Numbered from the stretch's first letter, positions 20,349 to 30,550 are shown. The stretch: 64,000 nt of DNA from Oceanispirochaeta sp. (GCA_963663385.2 CAXXXD010000003.1:704001-768000); one strand, 5' to 3'. The notes: a model not told the origin generated them from the sequence alone. Numbers and translations are program-made.

Positions 20349-22997
20349 ATGGCAAAAGATGAAATGACAGCCCTTAAAATGAAGAAGGATCTGGATGCGG
20401 CTATCCAGAGAGTAAAAGATGCACAGAAACTCTATGCTTCTTTCTCGCAGGAACAGGTTGATGAAATTTTCAGACAGTCCGCTATCGCCGCCAATGATGC
20501 CAGAATCTCACTGGCCAAAATGGCAGTAGAAGAGACTGGTATGGGAATTGTGGAAGACAAGGTAATCAAGAACCACTTTGCTTCCGAGTTCATTTTCAAT
20601 AAATACAAAGACACCAAAACCTGCGGTATCCTGGAAGACGACGGGACATACGGTATAAAGAAAATCGCCGAACCTATAGGGGTTCTCTGCGGTATCATAC
20701 CCACCACCAACCCCACATCGACGGCTATCTTTAAAGCCCTGATCGCGCTGAAAACCAGAAACGCCATCATTTTTTCACCCCATCCCCGGGCGGCCAAATG
20801 TACGGTCAGGGCGGCGCAGATTATACTGGAAGCCGCGGTCAAGGCGGGAGCACCCGCGGATATCATCGGCTGGGTGGAAGAACCGAGCATGGAGCTCTCC
20901 CAGCACCTGCTGGCGCACAGCGATATCAATATGATCCTGGCAACGGGAGGACCCGGCATGGTTAAGGCGGCCTATTCCTCCGGAAAACCGGCTGTCGGAG
21001 TAGGGGCGGGCAATACTCCGGCTCTTATGGACGAAACTGCGGATATCCGCATGGCCGTCAGCTCCGTTCTGATGAGCAAGACCTTTGATAACGGTGTTAT
21101 CTGTGCTTCCGAGCAGTCCGTTATTGTTCATAAGTCCCTCTATAACGAGGTGAAGAAGGAGTTCCTTTTAAGGGGCGCCTATATCCTTAACGCAGCGGAA
21201 ACCAAAAAGGTGGCCGGTCTGATTATCGATCCCGAACGGGGAACGATCAACCCCAAAATCGTAGGGCAGAAAGCCGCGGATATAGCCGCCATGGCCGGTT
21301 TTACCGTGGATCCGGATGTAAAGGTTCTGATTGGAGAGGTGAGCGATATCAGCCACGCCGAGCCTTTCGCTCACGAAAAACTGAGCCCCTGTCTGGCCAT
21401 GTACAAGTGTAACGATTTTGAAGACGGTCTTGACAAGGCACGCCGGCTGGTGGAACTGGGCGGTATCGGCCATACCTCCGTACTCTACACGGACGAAAAG
21501 AACGTGGACAGGATCAAACGCTACGGGGATGTTATCAAAACCGGACGCGTGCTGGTCAATATGCCTTCCTCCCACGGCGCCATCGGCGACCTTTATAACT
21601 TCCGTCTGGAACCCTCCCTTACCCTGGGATGCGGAAGCTGGGGCGGAAACTCGGTCAGTGAAAACGTTGGTGTCAAACACCTTCTGAATGTGAAAACCGT
21701 TGCGGAAAGGAGAGAGAATATGCTCTGGTTCAGAATCCCCCCCAAAGTTTACAGCAAGTACGGTTGTCTTCCCATCGCTCTGAAGGAGCTGGACGGAAAG
21801 AAACGGGCCTTTATCGTAACAGACTCCTACCTTTACGACAGCGGCTGCGTAGACAGGATCACCCGTATCCTCAAGCCCATGGGTATCGAGGTAGAGTGCT
21901 TTCATCAGGTTAAGCCCGATCCCACTCTGAGCACCATCAATGAAGGGCTGGCTGTTATGAACAACTTCAAACCCGATGTGATCATCGGTCTGGGGGGCGG
22001 TTCTCCCATGGATGCGGCCAAGATCATGTGGCTGCTGTACGAACACCCGGAAGTTCACTTCGAGGGGCTGGCCATGCGCTTTATGGACATCGAGAAGAGG
22101 ATCTACGCCTTCCCCGATATGGGTAAAAAAGCCGAGATGGTGGCTATCCCCACCACGTCCGGTACGGGCAGCGAGGTAACGCCGTTCTCTGTTGTTACAG
22201 ACGACAGAACCGGTCTTAAGTACCCTATTGCAGACTACGCTCTGACCCCCAATATGGCTATTGTGGATCCCGAGCTGGTTATGTCCATGCCCAGGGGGCT
22301 CACCGCCGCTTCCGGTATCGATGCGATTACCCACTCTCTGGAGGCTTTCGTTTCCATTATGGCGTCGGACTATACAAACGGACTGGCTCTGGAATCCCTG
22401 CGGATCCTTTTCAAATACCTGCCCGATTCCTACAGAAACGGAGCGGACGATAAAAAGGCCAAGGAGAAGGTTCACAATGCCTCCTGTATAGCCGGTATGG
22501 CTTTTGCCAATGCTTTTCTGGGTGTTTGTCACTCTATGGCCCACAAGCTGGGTGCAGCGTTCCATATCCCCCACGGTGTGGCCAATGCGCTTATGATTAA
22601 CGAGGTTATCCGCTTTAATGCTACAGATAATCCCATTAAGCAGGCGGCTTTCCCCCAGTACGAGTACCCTACGGCGATTTCCCGTTATGCGAGAATTTCC
22701 GACTACCTGGGACTGGGCGGAAAGAGCGATATGGACAAGATTGAAAAACTGACGGAAAAACTGGATGAGCTCAAGAATGAGCTGAATATCCCTGCTTCCA
22801 TCAAAGAGTACGGTATCGACGAGGCTGTCTTCCTGGATCAGGTGGATATGCTTGCCGAACAGGCTTTTGATGATCAGTGCACCGGCGGGAATCCGCGGTA
22901 TCCCCTGATGCGCGAAATAAAGCAGATGTATCTGAATGCTTTCTACGGCAAAATGCATGTGGTAAAGAGTGAGGGTAAATCTGTAAAAGCGGGCTGA
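20349..22997 (+). CDS. adhE: Bifunctional acetaldehyde-CoA/alcohol dehydrogenase
   Basis: ALDH half (PTTNPTST, ATGGPGMV, ICASEQ), linker TLGCGSWGGN, Fe-ADH half (GGGSPMDAAK, HSMAHK). Confidence 0.97.
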   Translation: MAKDEMTALKMKKDLDAAIQRVKDAQKLYASFSQEQVDEIFRQSAIAANDARISLAKMAVEETGMGIVEDKVIKNHFASEFIFNKYKDTKTCGILEDDGTYGIKKIAEPIGVLCGIIPTTNPTSTAIFKALIALKTRNAIIFSPHPRAAKCTVRAAQIILEAAVKAGAPADIIGWVEEPSMELSQHLLAHSDINMILATGGPGMVKAAYSSGKPAVGVGAGNTPALMDETADIRMAVSSVLMSKTFDNGVICASEQSVIVHKSLYNEVKKEFLLRGAYILNAAETKKVAGLIIDPERGTINPKIVGQKAADIAAMAGFTVDPDVKVLIGEVSDISHAEPFAHEKLSPCLAMYKCNDFEDGLDKARRLVELGGIGHTSVLYTDEKNVDRIKRYGDVIKTGRVLVNMPSSHGAIGDLYNFRLEPSLTLGCGSWGGNSVSENVGVKHLLNVKTVAERRENMLWFRIPPKVYSKYGCLPIALKELDGKKRAFIVTDSYLYDSGCVDRITRILKPMGIEVECFHQVKPDPTLSTINEGLAVMNNFKPDVIIGLGGGSPMDAAKIMWLLYEHPEVHFEGLAMRFMDIEKRIYAFPDMGKKAEMVAIPTTSGTGSEVTPFSVVTDDRTGLKYPIADYALTPNMAIVDPELVMSMPRGLTAASGIDAITHSLEAFVSIMASDYTNGLALESLRILFKYLPDSYRNGADDKKAKEKVHNASCIAGMAFANAFLGVCHSMAHKLGAAFHIPHGVANALMINEVIRFNATDNPIKQAAFPQYEYPTAISRYARISDYLGLGGKSDMDKIEKLTEKLDELKNELNIPASIKEYGIDEAVFLDQVDMLAEQAFDDQCTGGNPRYPLMREIKQMYLNAFYGKMHVVKSEGKSVKAG

Positions 22998-23103
22998 TGC
23001 GGGCTGCCTCCGGGCAGTACGATTAGGTCTATTCCCCGGTGTCCGGAAACTTCTCCTTTTGTTTCCGGGCATCAGCTTTTAAAATAAATTCCTCTAACCG
23101 CGG

Positions 23104-23128
23104 CCGCCTCTGTCAGGGGCGGTTTTTT
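23104..23128 (+). terminator. Intrinsic terminator after adhE
   Basis: CCGCCTCT-gtc-AGGGGCGG followed by T6. Confidence 0.75.
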
Positions 23129-23519
23129 ATTTATAAATCCTTTTGCCGGCAAATGCCCTGCGGGCCCGGGCTCTTTCGGGCTGCGGCTGCCGCCTTCGGT
23201 ATTTGCCTGGGCAAATACAGGCTATGCCTCCCTGTCGATCCCTATTTGGGGTGGTTATTATAATCAGAAATGAGTTTTGTGTTGTCTGATTTTGCTGTGT
23301 TGATTATGTAACGTTTTATTTTGTAAGAAGTTATGGGCGGTGCTAACTAAAGTTAGTTGTGTATTTTCTTTTAAAAAATGACTTTTTACTGTAAAATGAA
23401 TCGATTTTGTACTTTTTGCAGGAGTGATTCTGTGTTTGGGTGTTTATTTATTGGTTATGTGGATATTATTGCAGGGTATTTGCGGATAATGTGGAATACC
23501 TTGTTCAAGAGATAATAAG

Positions 23520-23912
23520 TTACATCGACACATTTTGTACTTCTGGTTCTTTCATAACTGCCAGACGATTTTATAGTTTTTAGGCATATGATCCGAGTTG
23601 ATTGATGCTCTCACTACACTGATTATCAATCTTTGACGCCGGTTGCGGCTGGCAGTAGTAGAAATGAGGGCATTCGCCTTCACCTACGATAGCTTTTATA
23701 TTATTGCCTGATATGGCATCGGTGATTTTCAAAATGATGCTGACGTAACATTAAAATGATCCTGTCGTCGCTATAGATCACGATTCTTGCAAGGTAAGTC
23801 CTTTAATGAGAAATTGTTCTTTTCAAAAATATAATGACTGTTTAAAATAAAGATGCAAGAATAGCGCCTATACCTGTCCTTCGGCCAGGCCGCTCCGCAG
23901 GATATTTTGGTG
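23520..23912 (+). repeat. ORF-less cassette, copy 1 (diverged)
   Basis: Starts GTTACAT (23519), R'' ACGTAAC 23743-23749; body homologous to copies 2-4. Confidence 0.85.
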
Positions 23913-23918
23913 TTATAT
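23743..23918 (+). other. attC site, long family (176 bp)
   Basis: ACGTAAC-attaa-AATGATCCTGTCG ... CGCAGGATATT-ttggt-GTTATAT; extra G and T on the L'' arm. Confidence 0.9.
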
Positions 23919-24305
23919 CGAACACATTTTGTACTTCTGGTTCTTTCATAATTGCCAGATGATTTAGTAGGTTTTAGGGTTTTGATACGGGTTGATTGAT
24001 GCTCACACTACACTGATTATCAATCTTTGACGCCGGTTGCGGCTGGCAGAAGTGAAAATAAGGGAATTCGCCTTCACCTACGTTTATTAAGATATTCTTG
24101 CCTGATATGGCATCGGTGATTTACAAAATGCTGTAGACATAACAAGAAAATGATACTGTCGTCGCTACAGATCACATTTCTTGCAGAGATACAGAATGCT
24201 GATAAATAGTTCTTTCTTAAAAACAAATTACTGTTTAAAATAAGTCTGCAAGAAAAGCGCCTGTACCTGTCCTTCGGCCAGGCCGCTCCGCAGCATATTT
24301 TGGCG
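23913..24305 (+). repeat. ORF-less cassette, copy 2
   Basis: Tandem 393-bp repeat of copy 1; near-identical to copies 3 and 4. Confidence 0.9.
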
Positions 24306-24311
24306 TTATAT
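24137..24311 (+). other. attC site, long family (175 bp)
   Basis: ACATAAC-aagaa-AATGATAC ... GCATATT-ttggc-GTTATAT. Confidence 0.9.
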
Positions 24312-24347
24312 TGACAAAATATCAGTCAATAGAGAATGGAGGAAAAA

Positions 24348-25013
24348 ATGAAAAGAAAAATGGTAGAGTTATTGTTACTAGTGCTGGCAATTTCAGCTTT
24401 TGCAGAAAATTACCCTGGTACATCAATTGATTTAGATAACATAAAAGCTAATAATTCTAGGGATATAGTGGCAATCTTAAACGGAAATATTTTCTATGTT
24501 TTTTATAATGATCTAAAGACATATGAAACTGAATTACAGCAAAAGAATTTTTTAGAAACAGATGAGGCTCAAGTTTATCAAGAGAAAATTGAGGAATTAA
24601 AAAATATTATTCAAACTCAGGGAATTACAACTGTTTATGAGCAAAGGAAAGCACAATTTTCCGATTATGATATTGAGAATAGAGGTTTTTGGGTTACAAT
24701 CGGAGACTCATATAATGATGGAGATAATATTTCACTAAATAATTTCCTATGTGATAAAGTAGAAATTTATACAAAAAAAAGTGCTATAACTTATTATATG
24801 CTTTTTATCCCTGTCCCCGAAGATGTTGCAGGCAAGATTGAGCATAATAATAATATTATCTTAAAACAAGAAATGAAAATATCCGATATTGGAATATTCA
24901 CCGTTGTTGCAAATGGTTGGAAATTTACTGACCCCCTTCCTATTGCTGAGACATTAAAGTTTATAATTTATGATAAAGCTACAAATGAAGTAATAACTGA
25001 AGTTCAATACTAA
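24348..25013 (+). CDS. Cassette hypothetical exported protein
   Basis: GGAGG RBS before ATG 24348; signal peptide ending SAFA; no recognisable family. Confidence 0.7.
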   Translation: MKRKMVELLLLVLAISAFAENYPGTSIDLDNIKANNSRDIVAILNGNIFYVFYNDLKTYETELQQKNFLETDEAQVYQEKIEELKNIIQTQGITTVYEQRKAQFSDYDIENRGFWVTIGDSYNDGDNISLNNFLCDKVEIYTKKSAITYYMLFIPVPEDVAGKIEHNNNIILKQEMKISDIGIFTVVANGWKFTDPLPIAETLKFIIYDKATNEVITEVQY

Positions 25014-25027
25014 ATTAGGACATTTGT

Positions 25028-25555
25028 ATGAAGGATAATTCGTTAGAACCAAAGAAGATTGATAGTGTTGAGAAGTTGAAAAAAATAGATCTCGCGATTT
25101 GGGCCAAATCAAAGGGTTTTGACCCAATCGTTGCACATCCGAATGGTATTGGAAATGATTATAAATACCAATACCGATTGATGTTATTTTATAAATACTA
25201 TTTATCTGGTAAGAATCAAATTTCAATTGAGAATGCTAGATCATTTGTAAAATATCTTGATGAAAATTCATATTCTGGCCGATTTATTGAGTATTTTATT
25301 CGAGAATATCGAAGAATATTAGATGACTTGATAGAAGAGATTACTGGAATTGGAAGATACTGGACAGGAACCTTTATCAGAATAAGTGAAACAGCGAGTG
25401 CCGAGGAAATTTTAATTCAGCAGTGTCAGATTCTTAGAAATGAATTATTCGATAAAGATTGTTTTAGATATCTCAATGATGATAACTATTTTAAATTTAT
25501 AGAAGAAAGAGAAATGCTTTATCAGAAAGAAGAGTTTTGGGAAAAAGAAGCTTGA
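25028..25555 (+). CDS. Cassette hypothetical protein
   Basis: 175-aa ORF, AGGA RBS, operonic with neighbours. Confidence 0.65.
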   Translation: MKDNSLEPKKIDSVEKLKKIDLAIWAKSKGFDPIVAHPNGIGNDYKYQYRLMLFYKYYLSGKNQISIENARSFVKYLDENSYSGRFIEYFIREYRRILDDLIEEITGIGRYWTGTFIRISETASAEEILIQQCQILRNELFDKDCFRYLNDDNYFKFIEEREMLYQKEEFWEKEA

Positions 25556-25580
25556 CTATTTAAATATGAAGGAATAGAAG

Positions 25581-26573
25581 ATGGAGAATGAAAATCTTGC
25601 ATTATTCAAATATTGTCCGGAATCTAATATAAAGTATATTTTCAAGGATAAAACATTAAGATTTACACAACCATCACAATTGAACGATCCTTTAGAATTA
25701 CGTCCGTTACTCGAATTTGATAAAGCCTGTAAGAATAATTCTTATGAAATTAACGGAATTAAAATGCCATCTATGAATAAATGGTACCAGTTAATTTTAG
25801 TTGAACAAGTTGTAAATAGGTATGGGATTTTATCACTTACAAGTAATTGTAAATCGATCAATATGTGGAATTATTATGCAAATGGACATAAAGGATTCAT
25901 AATAAAATTTAAGAATGATTTTCACATGAATAATTTCATAAGATCGGAAAGAGAAGAGTTCAAGTTAAAAAAAGTTGACTATGTTTCTAAATATACATTA
26001 GATATAGGGAAAATTAGTAATAATGCTGGTTACTTCACAGAAAATGATTATATCGATGACGCTGTATTCAAAAAAATAGAAATTTGGTCTTACGAATGTG
26101 AATATCGTCTAATAAAACCATTAACTGATTTTCCGAATTATCAGGAACCTGAAAACCTTGATTTTAATGATTCAAATATATATTCATGTGAACTGGATTT
26201 CAAAATTATTGATTCTATTATTTTTGGTTCTTTAATGAGCAAAGAGGATAAACAAAAAATATATAATGAAATAAAAAATTATGACATATCAATTTTTCAG
26301 GCATTATTGATCAAAGGAAGAATATCAAATGATGCTGTCGGTTTATCACCAATTGAGATTGTGAAAATCACTGATTTTGACAATATTAAAAACTATCAGC
26401 CAAAAAATTTTGTATTTGATGATTTTCCTTTTGATGAAAAAGTTATTAAAATTGATACAATTGATAAATTACCATATTACAATGAAACATATAAACAGCA
26501 AATTGAACAATTATTTAATGCAAAGCAAAGGCAATATAACAAAGAAATGGAGCAGTCAAATCCTTTGTCATGA
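25581..26573 (+). CDS. DUF2971-like protein
   Basis: LFKY, QLNDPLE, SLT...MWNYYANGHKGF, K..WSYECEYR; stop codon lies inside attC. Confidence 0.8.
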   Translation: MENENLALFKYCPESNIKYIFKDKTLRFTQPSQLNDPLELRPLLEFDKACKNNSYEINGIKMPSMNKWYQLILVEQVVNRYGILSLTSNCKSINMWNYYANGHKGFIIKFKNDFHMNNFIRSEREEFKLKKVDYVSKYTLDIGKISNNAGYFTENDYIDDAVFKKIEIWSYECEYRLIKPLTDFPNYQEPENLDFNDSNIYSCELDFKIIDSIIFGSLMSKEDKQKIYNEIKNYDISIFQALLIKGRISNDAVGLSPIEIVKITDFDNIKNYQPKNFVFDDFPFDEKVIKIDTIDKLPYYNETYKQQIEQLFNAKQRQYNKEMEQSNPLS

Positions 26574-26640
26574 TTAATGCTTACGCAAGAATACATGCCA
26601 ACCCTTCGGGACGGCTTTGCAGCTCATTTCGGCGTTATAT
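26534..26640 (+). other. attC site (107 bp)
   Basis: ATATAAC-aaaga-AATGGAGC ... GCTCATT-tcggc-GTTATAT; CAATATAAC complements cassette start GTTATATTG (24305). Confidence 0.9.
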
Positions 26641-26864
26641 CGAACACATTTTGTACTTCTGGTTCTTTCATAATTGCCTGATGATTTAGTAGGTTTTAGG
26701 GTTTTGATACGGGTTGATTGATGCTCACACTACACTGATTATCAATCTTTGACGCCGGTTGCGGCTGGCAGAAGTGGAAATAAGGGCATTCGCCTTCACC
26801 TACGTTTATTAAGATATTCTTGCCTGATATGGCATCGGTGATTTACAAAATGCTGTAGACATAA

Positions 26865-28853
26865 ATCGGGTAGCCAGAGGCTTTTGACCTCCAGCCCCCA
26901 CACCACCCTGCAAGCGGGTCCGCACAGGGCGGTTCACTCCATGGAGCAAACGAAACTATAATTTGATCATGTGTAGCCCTGGATTTTACACCAGAGGGCC
27001 TTAATATTGATCAATCCTTGCTCTTCCAACCATTTATTGGACATAGCGGCATTGGTTGCATAGCCTTTTGACAGATGCCAGTAGGACTTACTACTTGCTC
27101 CTGTCATAATGGCAAAATCTTTCGGAATACCCAGCTCCATCAGTTTCCTGACTTTTGTTCTGGGGTAACGCCACTGTTTCCAGTAGCACATACGGATTCT
27201 TCTTCTCAGCCATTCATCAATTGATTGTAGAGGTCTGTAATATTGGGAAATACCATAATAGTTCATCCACCCCCGGATATACTCGTTAAGTTTCCGGAAT
27301 CGATATTCCATTGATACCCCCCAAGACCGTCTTGTCAAATGCTTTAACTGATATTGAAACTCCCGAAAGGATGATTCAGTCCATCGGATTTTCTTACCCT
27401 TGAAAGTGAATCCCAGAAAACTGCATTCGGAGATTTTACACACCTTGCTTTTCTTCTGGTTTACAACCAATTTTAACCTGCGACTGAGATAATCACTTAT
27501 TTCAGTCAATATAGCTTTTCCATCACACAGGCGTTTTGATACAATTAATGCATCATCTGCGTAACGTGCAAAGCACAGGTTTCTCCGTTCCAACTCCTTA
27601 TCGAAATTATCAAGAAGGATATTGGAAAGTAGAGGCGACAATGGCCCTCCTTGAGGAGTCCCGATTTCAGTAGGGATTTTAATCCCATCCTTGTCCATAA
27701 TACCGGCTCTCAGGTAGCGGCCAATCAATTTCAGGACTGATTTGTCCCGGACTTTCTTAGCCACACAATGCATCAGAATATCGTGATTTACCGTATCAAA
27801 GAACTTTTCCAAGTCCAGATCAACTGCATACTTGTATCCCGATTTAACATAGGTATTTACCTGTCGTACTGCTCCGTGAGCCGATCTTCCCGGCCTGAAT
27901 CCAAAACTGCTTTCCGAAAAATCCGAATCGAATAGAGGATTCAAAACCTGTGAAATAGCCTGTTGGATAACCCTGTCTAAAATAGTGGGAATACCCAGCA
28001 TTCGCATACCTCCGGATCTCTTGGGGATTTCCACCCTGAGCACCGGAGAGGGTACATAGTACCCCAAAAGCAAAGCTTGCTTGATTTTACTCCATCTTCT
28101 GCGTAGATATTCCGGAAATTTCTCAATAGTCATGCCATTGACTCCCGGACTGCCGCCATTGCGTTTGACCTGTTTCCAGGCCTTACGCATGTTTTCAGAT
28201 GATAAAATCAAATCCATCATAGAATCGTTCAAGGCTGGTTTCTCCATAATTCGCCAAAAGTTATTTCGGCCAGTGCTAAAATTGTTCCTTTGAGAACCAT
28301 AAGGCTCCTCCTTGTGAAATGTTCAGGCCTTCACCGTGAACCGGACATTACTCCGGGCGTTGGTTACTATGCCTTCTGCTGACTTCTGCCTGCTAATCAA
28401 CGAGATTGCTCCCGTTGATGCTATACCGTGCTTTTAAACCTGTGACGACTTATTTGTACTCAAGATAATCTTGCTCATTTCCAGAGTGTCACCCTCTGAA
28501 AAGCCGGGGATTGGTTTTCCGGTTCCCTACCGGATTCTCAGTTTAAAAGAACACATTACCGCCCCGCAGACAGATCTCCCCGAATAAGACTGTACACTGT
28601 CCCCGGACAACCCTGTGATTTACCCTATTCCATACCCACGGGGCATCGTCATCATTGGCTGACTCGCCTCTGGAACTGAGCCTTCTATCACATTCTTGTA
28701 CATGGGCTCCCGGTTTTGCATTCCGGCTTCCTCCAGACATTCCCTCGCGGAAATGCCCTTGCCTTCAGCTAACAGTTGGTATAGCATGTTCACTATACGT
28801 GGGCACCTGTAGAGGACTTTTACCTCATTAGCGTACAGCCATGTCGGGCGTAC
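26865..28853 (-). mobile_element. Group IIC-attC intron, full length (1989 nt)
   Basis: 5' end GTACGCCCGACATGG, 3' end CTACCCGAT, short domain V GAACCGCCCTGTGCGGACCCGCTTGCAGGGTGGTGTG with CGC triad; inserted antisense in attC R''; removal restores ACATAACAAG. Confidence 0.93.
26967..28247 (-). CDS. ltrA: Group II intron reverse transcriptase/maturase, no endonuclease domain
   Basis: RMLGIPT, SFGFRPGRS, DLEKFFD, GTPQGGPLSP, RYADD, X domain; 426 aa. Confidence 0.95.
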   Translation of the reverse strand: MEKPALNDSMMDLILSSENMRKAWKQVKRNGGSPGVNGMTIEKFPEYLRRRWSKIKQALLLGYYVPSPVLRVEIPKRSGGMRMLGIPTILDRVIQQAISQVLNPLFDSDFSESSFGFRPGRSAHGAVRQVNTYVKSGYKYAVDLDLEKFFDTVNHDILMHCVAKKVRDKSVLKLIGRYLRAGIMDKDGIKIPTEIGTPQGGPLSPLLSNILLDNFDKELERRNLCFARYADDALIVSKRLCDGKAILTEISDYLSRRLKLVVNQKKSKVCKISECSFLGFTFKGKKIRWTESSFREFQYQLKHLTRRSWGVSMEYRFRKLNEYIRGWMNYYGISQYYRPLQSIDEWLRRRIRMCYWKQWRYPRTKVRKLMELGIPKDFAIMTGASSKSYWHLSKGYATNAAMSNKWLEEQGLINIKALWCKIQGYT

Positions 28854-29047
28854 CAAGAAAATGATACTGTCGTCGCTACAGATCACATTTCTTGCAGAGA
28901 TGCAGAATGCTGATAAATAGTTCTTTCTTAAAAACAAATTACTGTTTAAAATAAGTCTGCAAGAAAAGTGCCTGTACCTGTCCTTCGGCCAGGCCGCTCC
29001 GCAGTATATTTTGGCGTTATGTAGAACTAAGGTGTTAAAAGGTAAAT

Positions 29048-29653
29048 ATGAAAAAAGTAACGATTATAATAATTATATTGATAACACAAAGCATCTTTTC
29101 ACAATCTCAAATCAGTAGCATACGAGAATATTTAAAAGCAAATAGTTATATGCCTATTATTGAAGTACCTTTAGAATCAACAAAACTATATATATACGCT
29201 AAAGAGTCTCAGAAAAGCCAGATAAATAGTGATTATTTCTTAAACGGTGATGTATACCTTGTCAATATTGATAATGATGAAAGAATTAGATCTCATGTCA
29301 TATGCGAACTTGCTAGTAGTGCTGTTGAAGTATTCACCAATAATAAGGAATTCATAATAAATCCACGTAGTAGAAGCGAGATACGAGGATCAAGAGAAAT
29401 AATATATTATGATGAAAGATTCAATAAATTTACAATTTTCATTTCAGAATGGATGTTTCTAAGTGGCTTTAAAATTATTGATGAGTATATTGTCTGTAGC
29501 CTAGGAAACCATCCAAAATATAAGTATTTAGTGATAAATAAATATACTGGAGAAGAAATACCTGTAGATCAATTAAGCACAACCTTAAGAAGTAGTTATT
29601 CACTAGCAATACGTAATGGAAATAATTGGAATTTATATGATTACCATAAATAG
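29048..29653 (+). CDS. Cassette hypothetical exported protein
   Basis: AAGG RBS; signal peptide MKKVTIIIIILITQSIFS. Confidence 0.7.
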   Translation: MKKVTIIIIILITQSIFSQSQISSIREYLKANSYMPIIEVPLESTKLYIYAKESQKSQINSDYFLNGDVYLVNIDNDERIRSHVICELASSAVEVFTNNKEFIINPRSRSEIRGSREIIYYDERFNKFTIFISEWMFLSGFKIIDEYIVCSLGNHPKYKYLVINKYTGEEIPVDQLSTTLRSSYSLAIRNGNNWNLYDYHK

Positions 29654-29676
29654 TAAAAATCTTTATCAAATGATAA

Positions 29677-30366
29677 GTGGGTAATATGAATATTGAAAAG
29701 AAGAGAATAATTTATTGTATAATTCTATTATTTATAAACTTTGTAAATATTTATTCTGAAAATATAAAAGGACTAAATATTGAGATTTTTGAATTATTAA
29801 ACGGTGTATGGGATACAAATAACTCGAAACCTAGATCTGTAGATGAAACATATAGTTGGGGAAAAGATAATTCATATAGAGATGGCATTATAATTGATTT
29901 CGGATATGCAAGAATTGAGTTCAATGGTTTAAGTTATGGCTATACAATTGAGGACGTAAATCAACTGAATGATAATATCATCGAATTTTCAGGTTATTTC
30001 ACTGTATATGATGCAAGAATTGAAAAAATTGTTAATTCGCCTGCAACAATACATATAAAGACTAATTCACTAAGTGAAATGGAATTCATTGAAGCTGAAG
30101 CTGGCGAGTATAATTTTCAGTTAAGATTCGGAGATGCGCCAAATATCAGAATCCATGAAATTGAATTCGTGGACAAAGAAATCATTATTTCTGAAGAAAC
30201 AATATTAATGACACTGAAAAGGGATGAGTATATATACTCTGCTTCAATTGAAAATACTGTAAAAGCACATGTTATAAAAAGTTATGATTCAAAATTTTTT
30301 GTGTTAACAGAAAATGGCGATATTGGATGGATAAATCAGGATAATGTACATTTCTCTAACGAATAG
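29677..30366 (+). CDS. Cassette hypothetical exported protein (possible C-terminal SH3-like segment)
   Basis: Signal-like N-terminus; C-terminal VLTENGDIGWI. Confidence 0.6.
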   Translation: MGNMNIEKKRIIYCIILLFINFVNIYSENIKGLNIEIFELLNGVWDTNNSKPRSVDETYSWGKDNSYRDGIIIDFGYARIEFNGLSYGYTIEDVNQLNDNIIEFSGYFTVYDARIEKIVNSPATIHIKTNSLSEMEFIEAEAGEYNFQLRFGDAPNIRIHEIEFVDKEIIISEETILMTLKRDEYIYSASIENTVKAHVIKSYDSKFFVLTENGDIGWINQDNVHFSNE

Positions 30367-30377
30367 AGAATAGTACT

Positions 30378-30550
30378 ACATAACAATAAAATGATGCAGT
30401 CGAAGCTATAGATCACATTTCTTGCTGATATTGCTTCAATCAAGAATTATTGCTTCTCAAAAAGAGAATAGCTGTTTAGAATGAATGCAAGAAAAGCGCC
30501 TATACCTGTCCTTCGGCCAGGCCGCTTCGCAGCATATTTTGGCGTTGAGA
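30378..30550 (+). other. attC site, long family (173 bp), followed by IS1182 at GTT
   Basis: ACATAAC-aataa-AATGATGC ... GCATATT-ttggc-GTT; CTACATAAC complements cassette start GTTATGTAG. Confidence 0.9.

Larger units (their letters stand above)
26635..29016 (+). repeat. ORF-less cassette, copy 3, with its long attC split by a group II intron
   Basis: Body 26635-26864; R'' ACATAA|C interrupted; attC resumes at 28854 and ends GTTATGT 29016-29022. Confidence 0.9.

Noticed and set aside
21168..23072. 634-aa ORF antisense to adhE
   Set aside because: Shadow frame of a codon-biased gene; no motifs; fully overlaps a confident CDS
22998..23518. Integron integrase or remnant upstream of the array
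   Set aside because: Only hairpins and T-rich DNA; no tyrosine recombinase motifs seen
23306..23525. ATGTAAC...GTTACAT as an extra attC
   Set aside because: No complementary L''/L' boxes at the right spacing; probably chance
23580..23733. ~50-codon minus-strand frame in the empty cassette (TTG-KITDAISG...)
   Set aside because: Copies 2-4 have TAA right after the TTG, and differences between copies are mostly non-synonymous
23519..24311. Tandem repeats as a CRISPR array
   Set aside because: Units are ~393 bp with attC architecture; no short repeat-spacer pattern and no cas genes
26967..28247. RT as retron, DGR or Abi RT
   Set aside because: Has an X/maturase domain and flanking group II intron domains V/VI with precise boundaries
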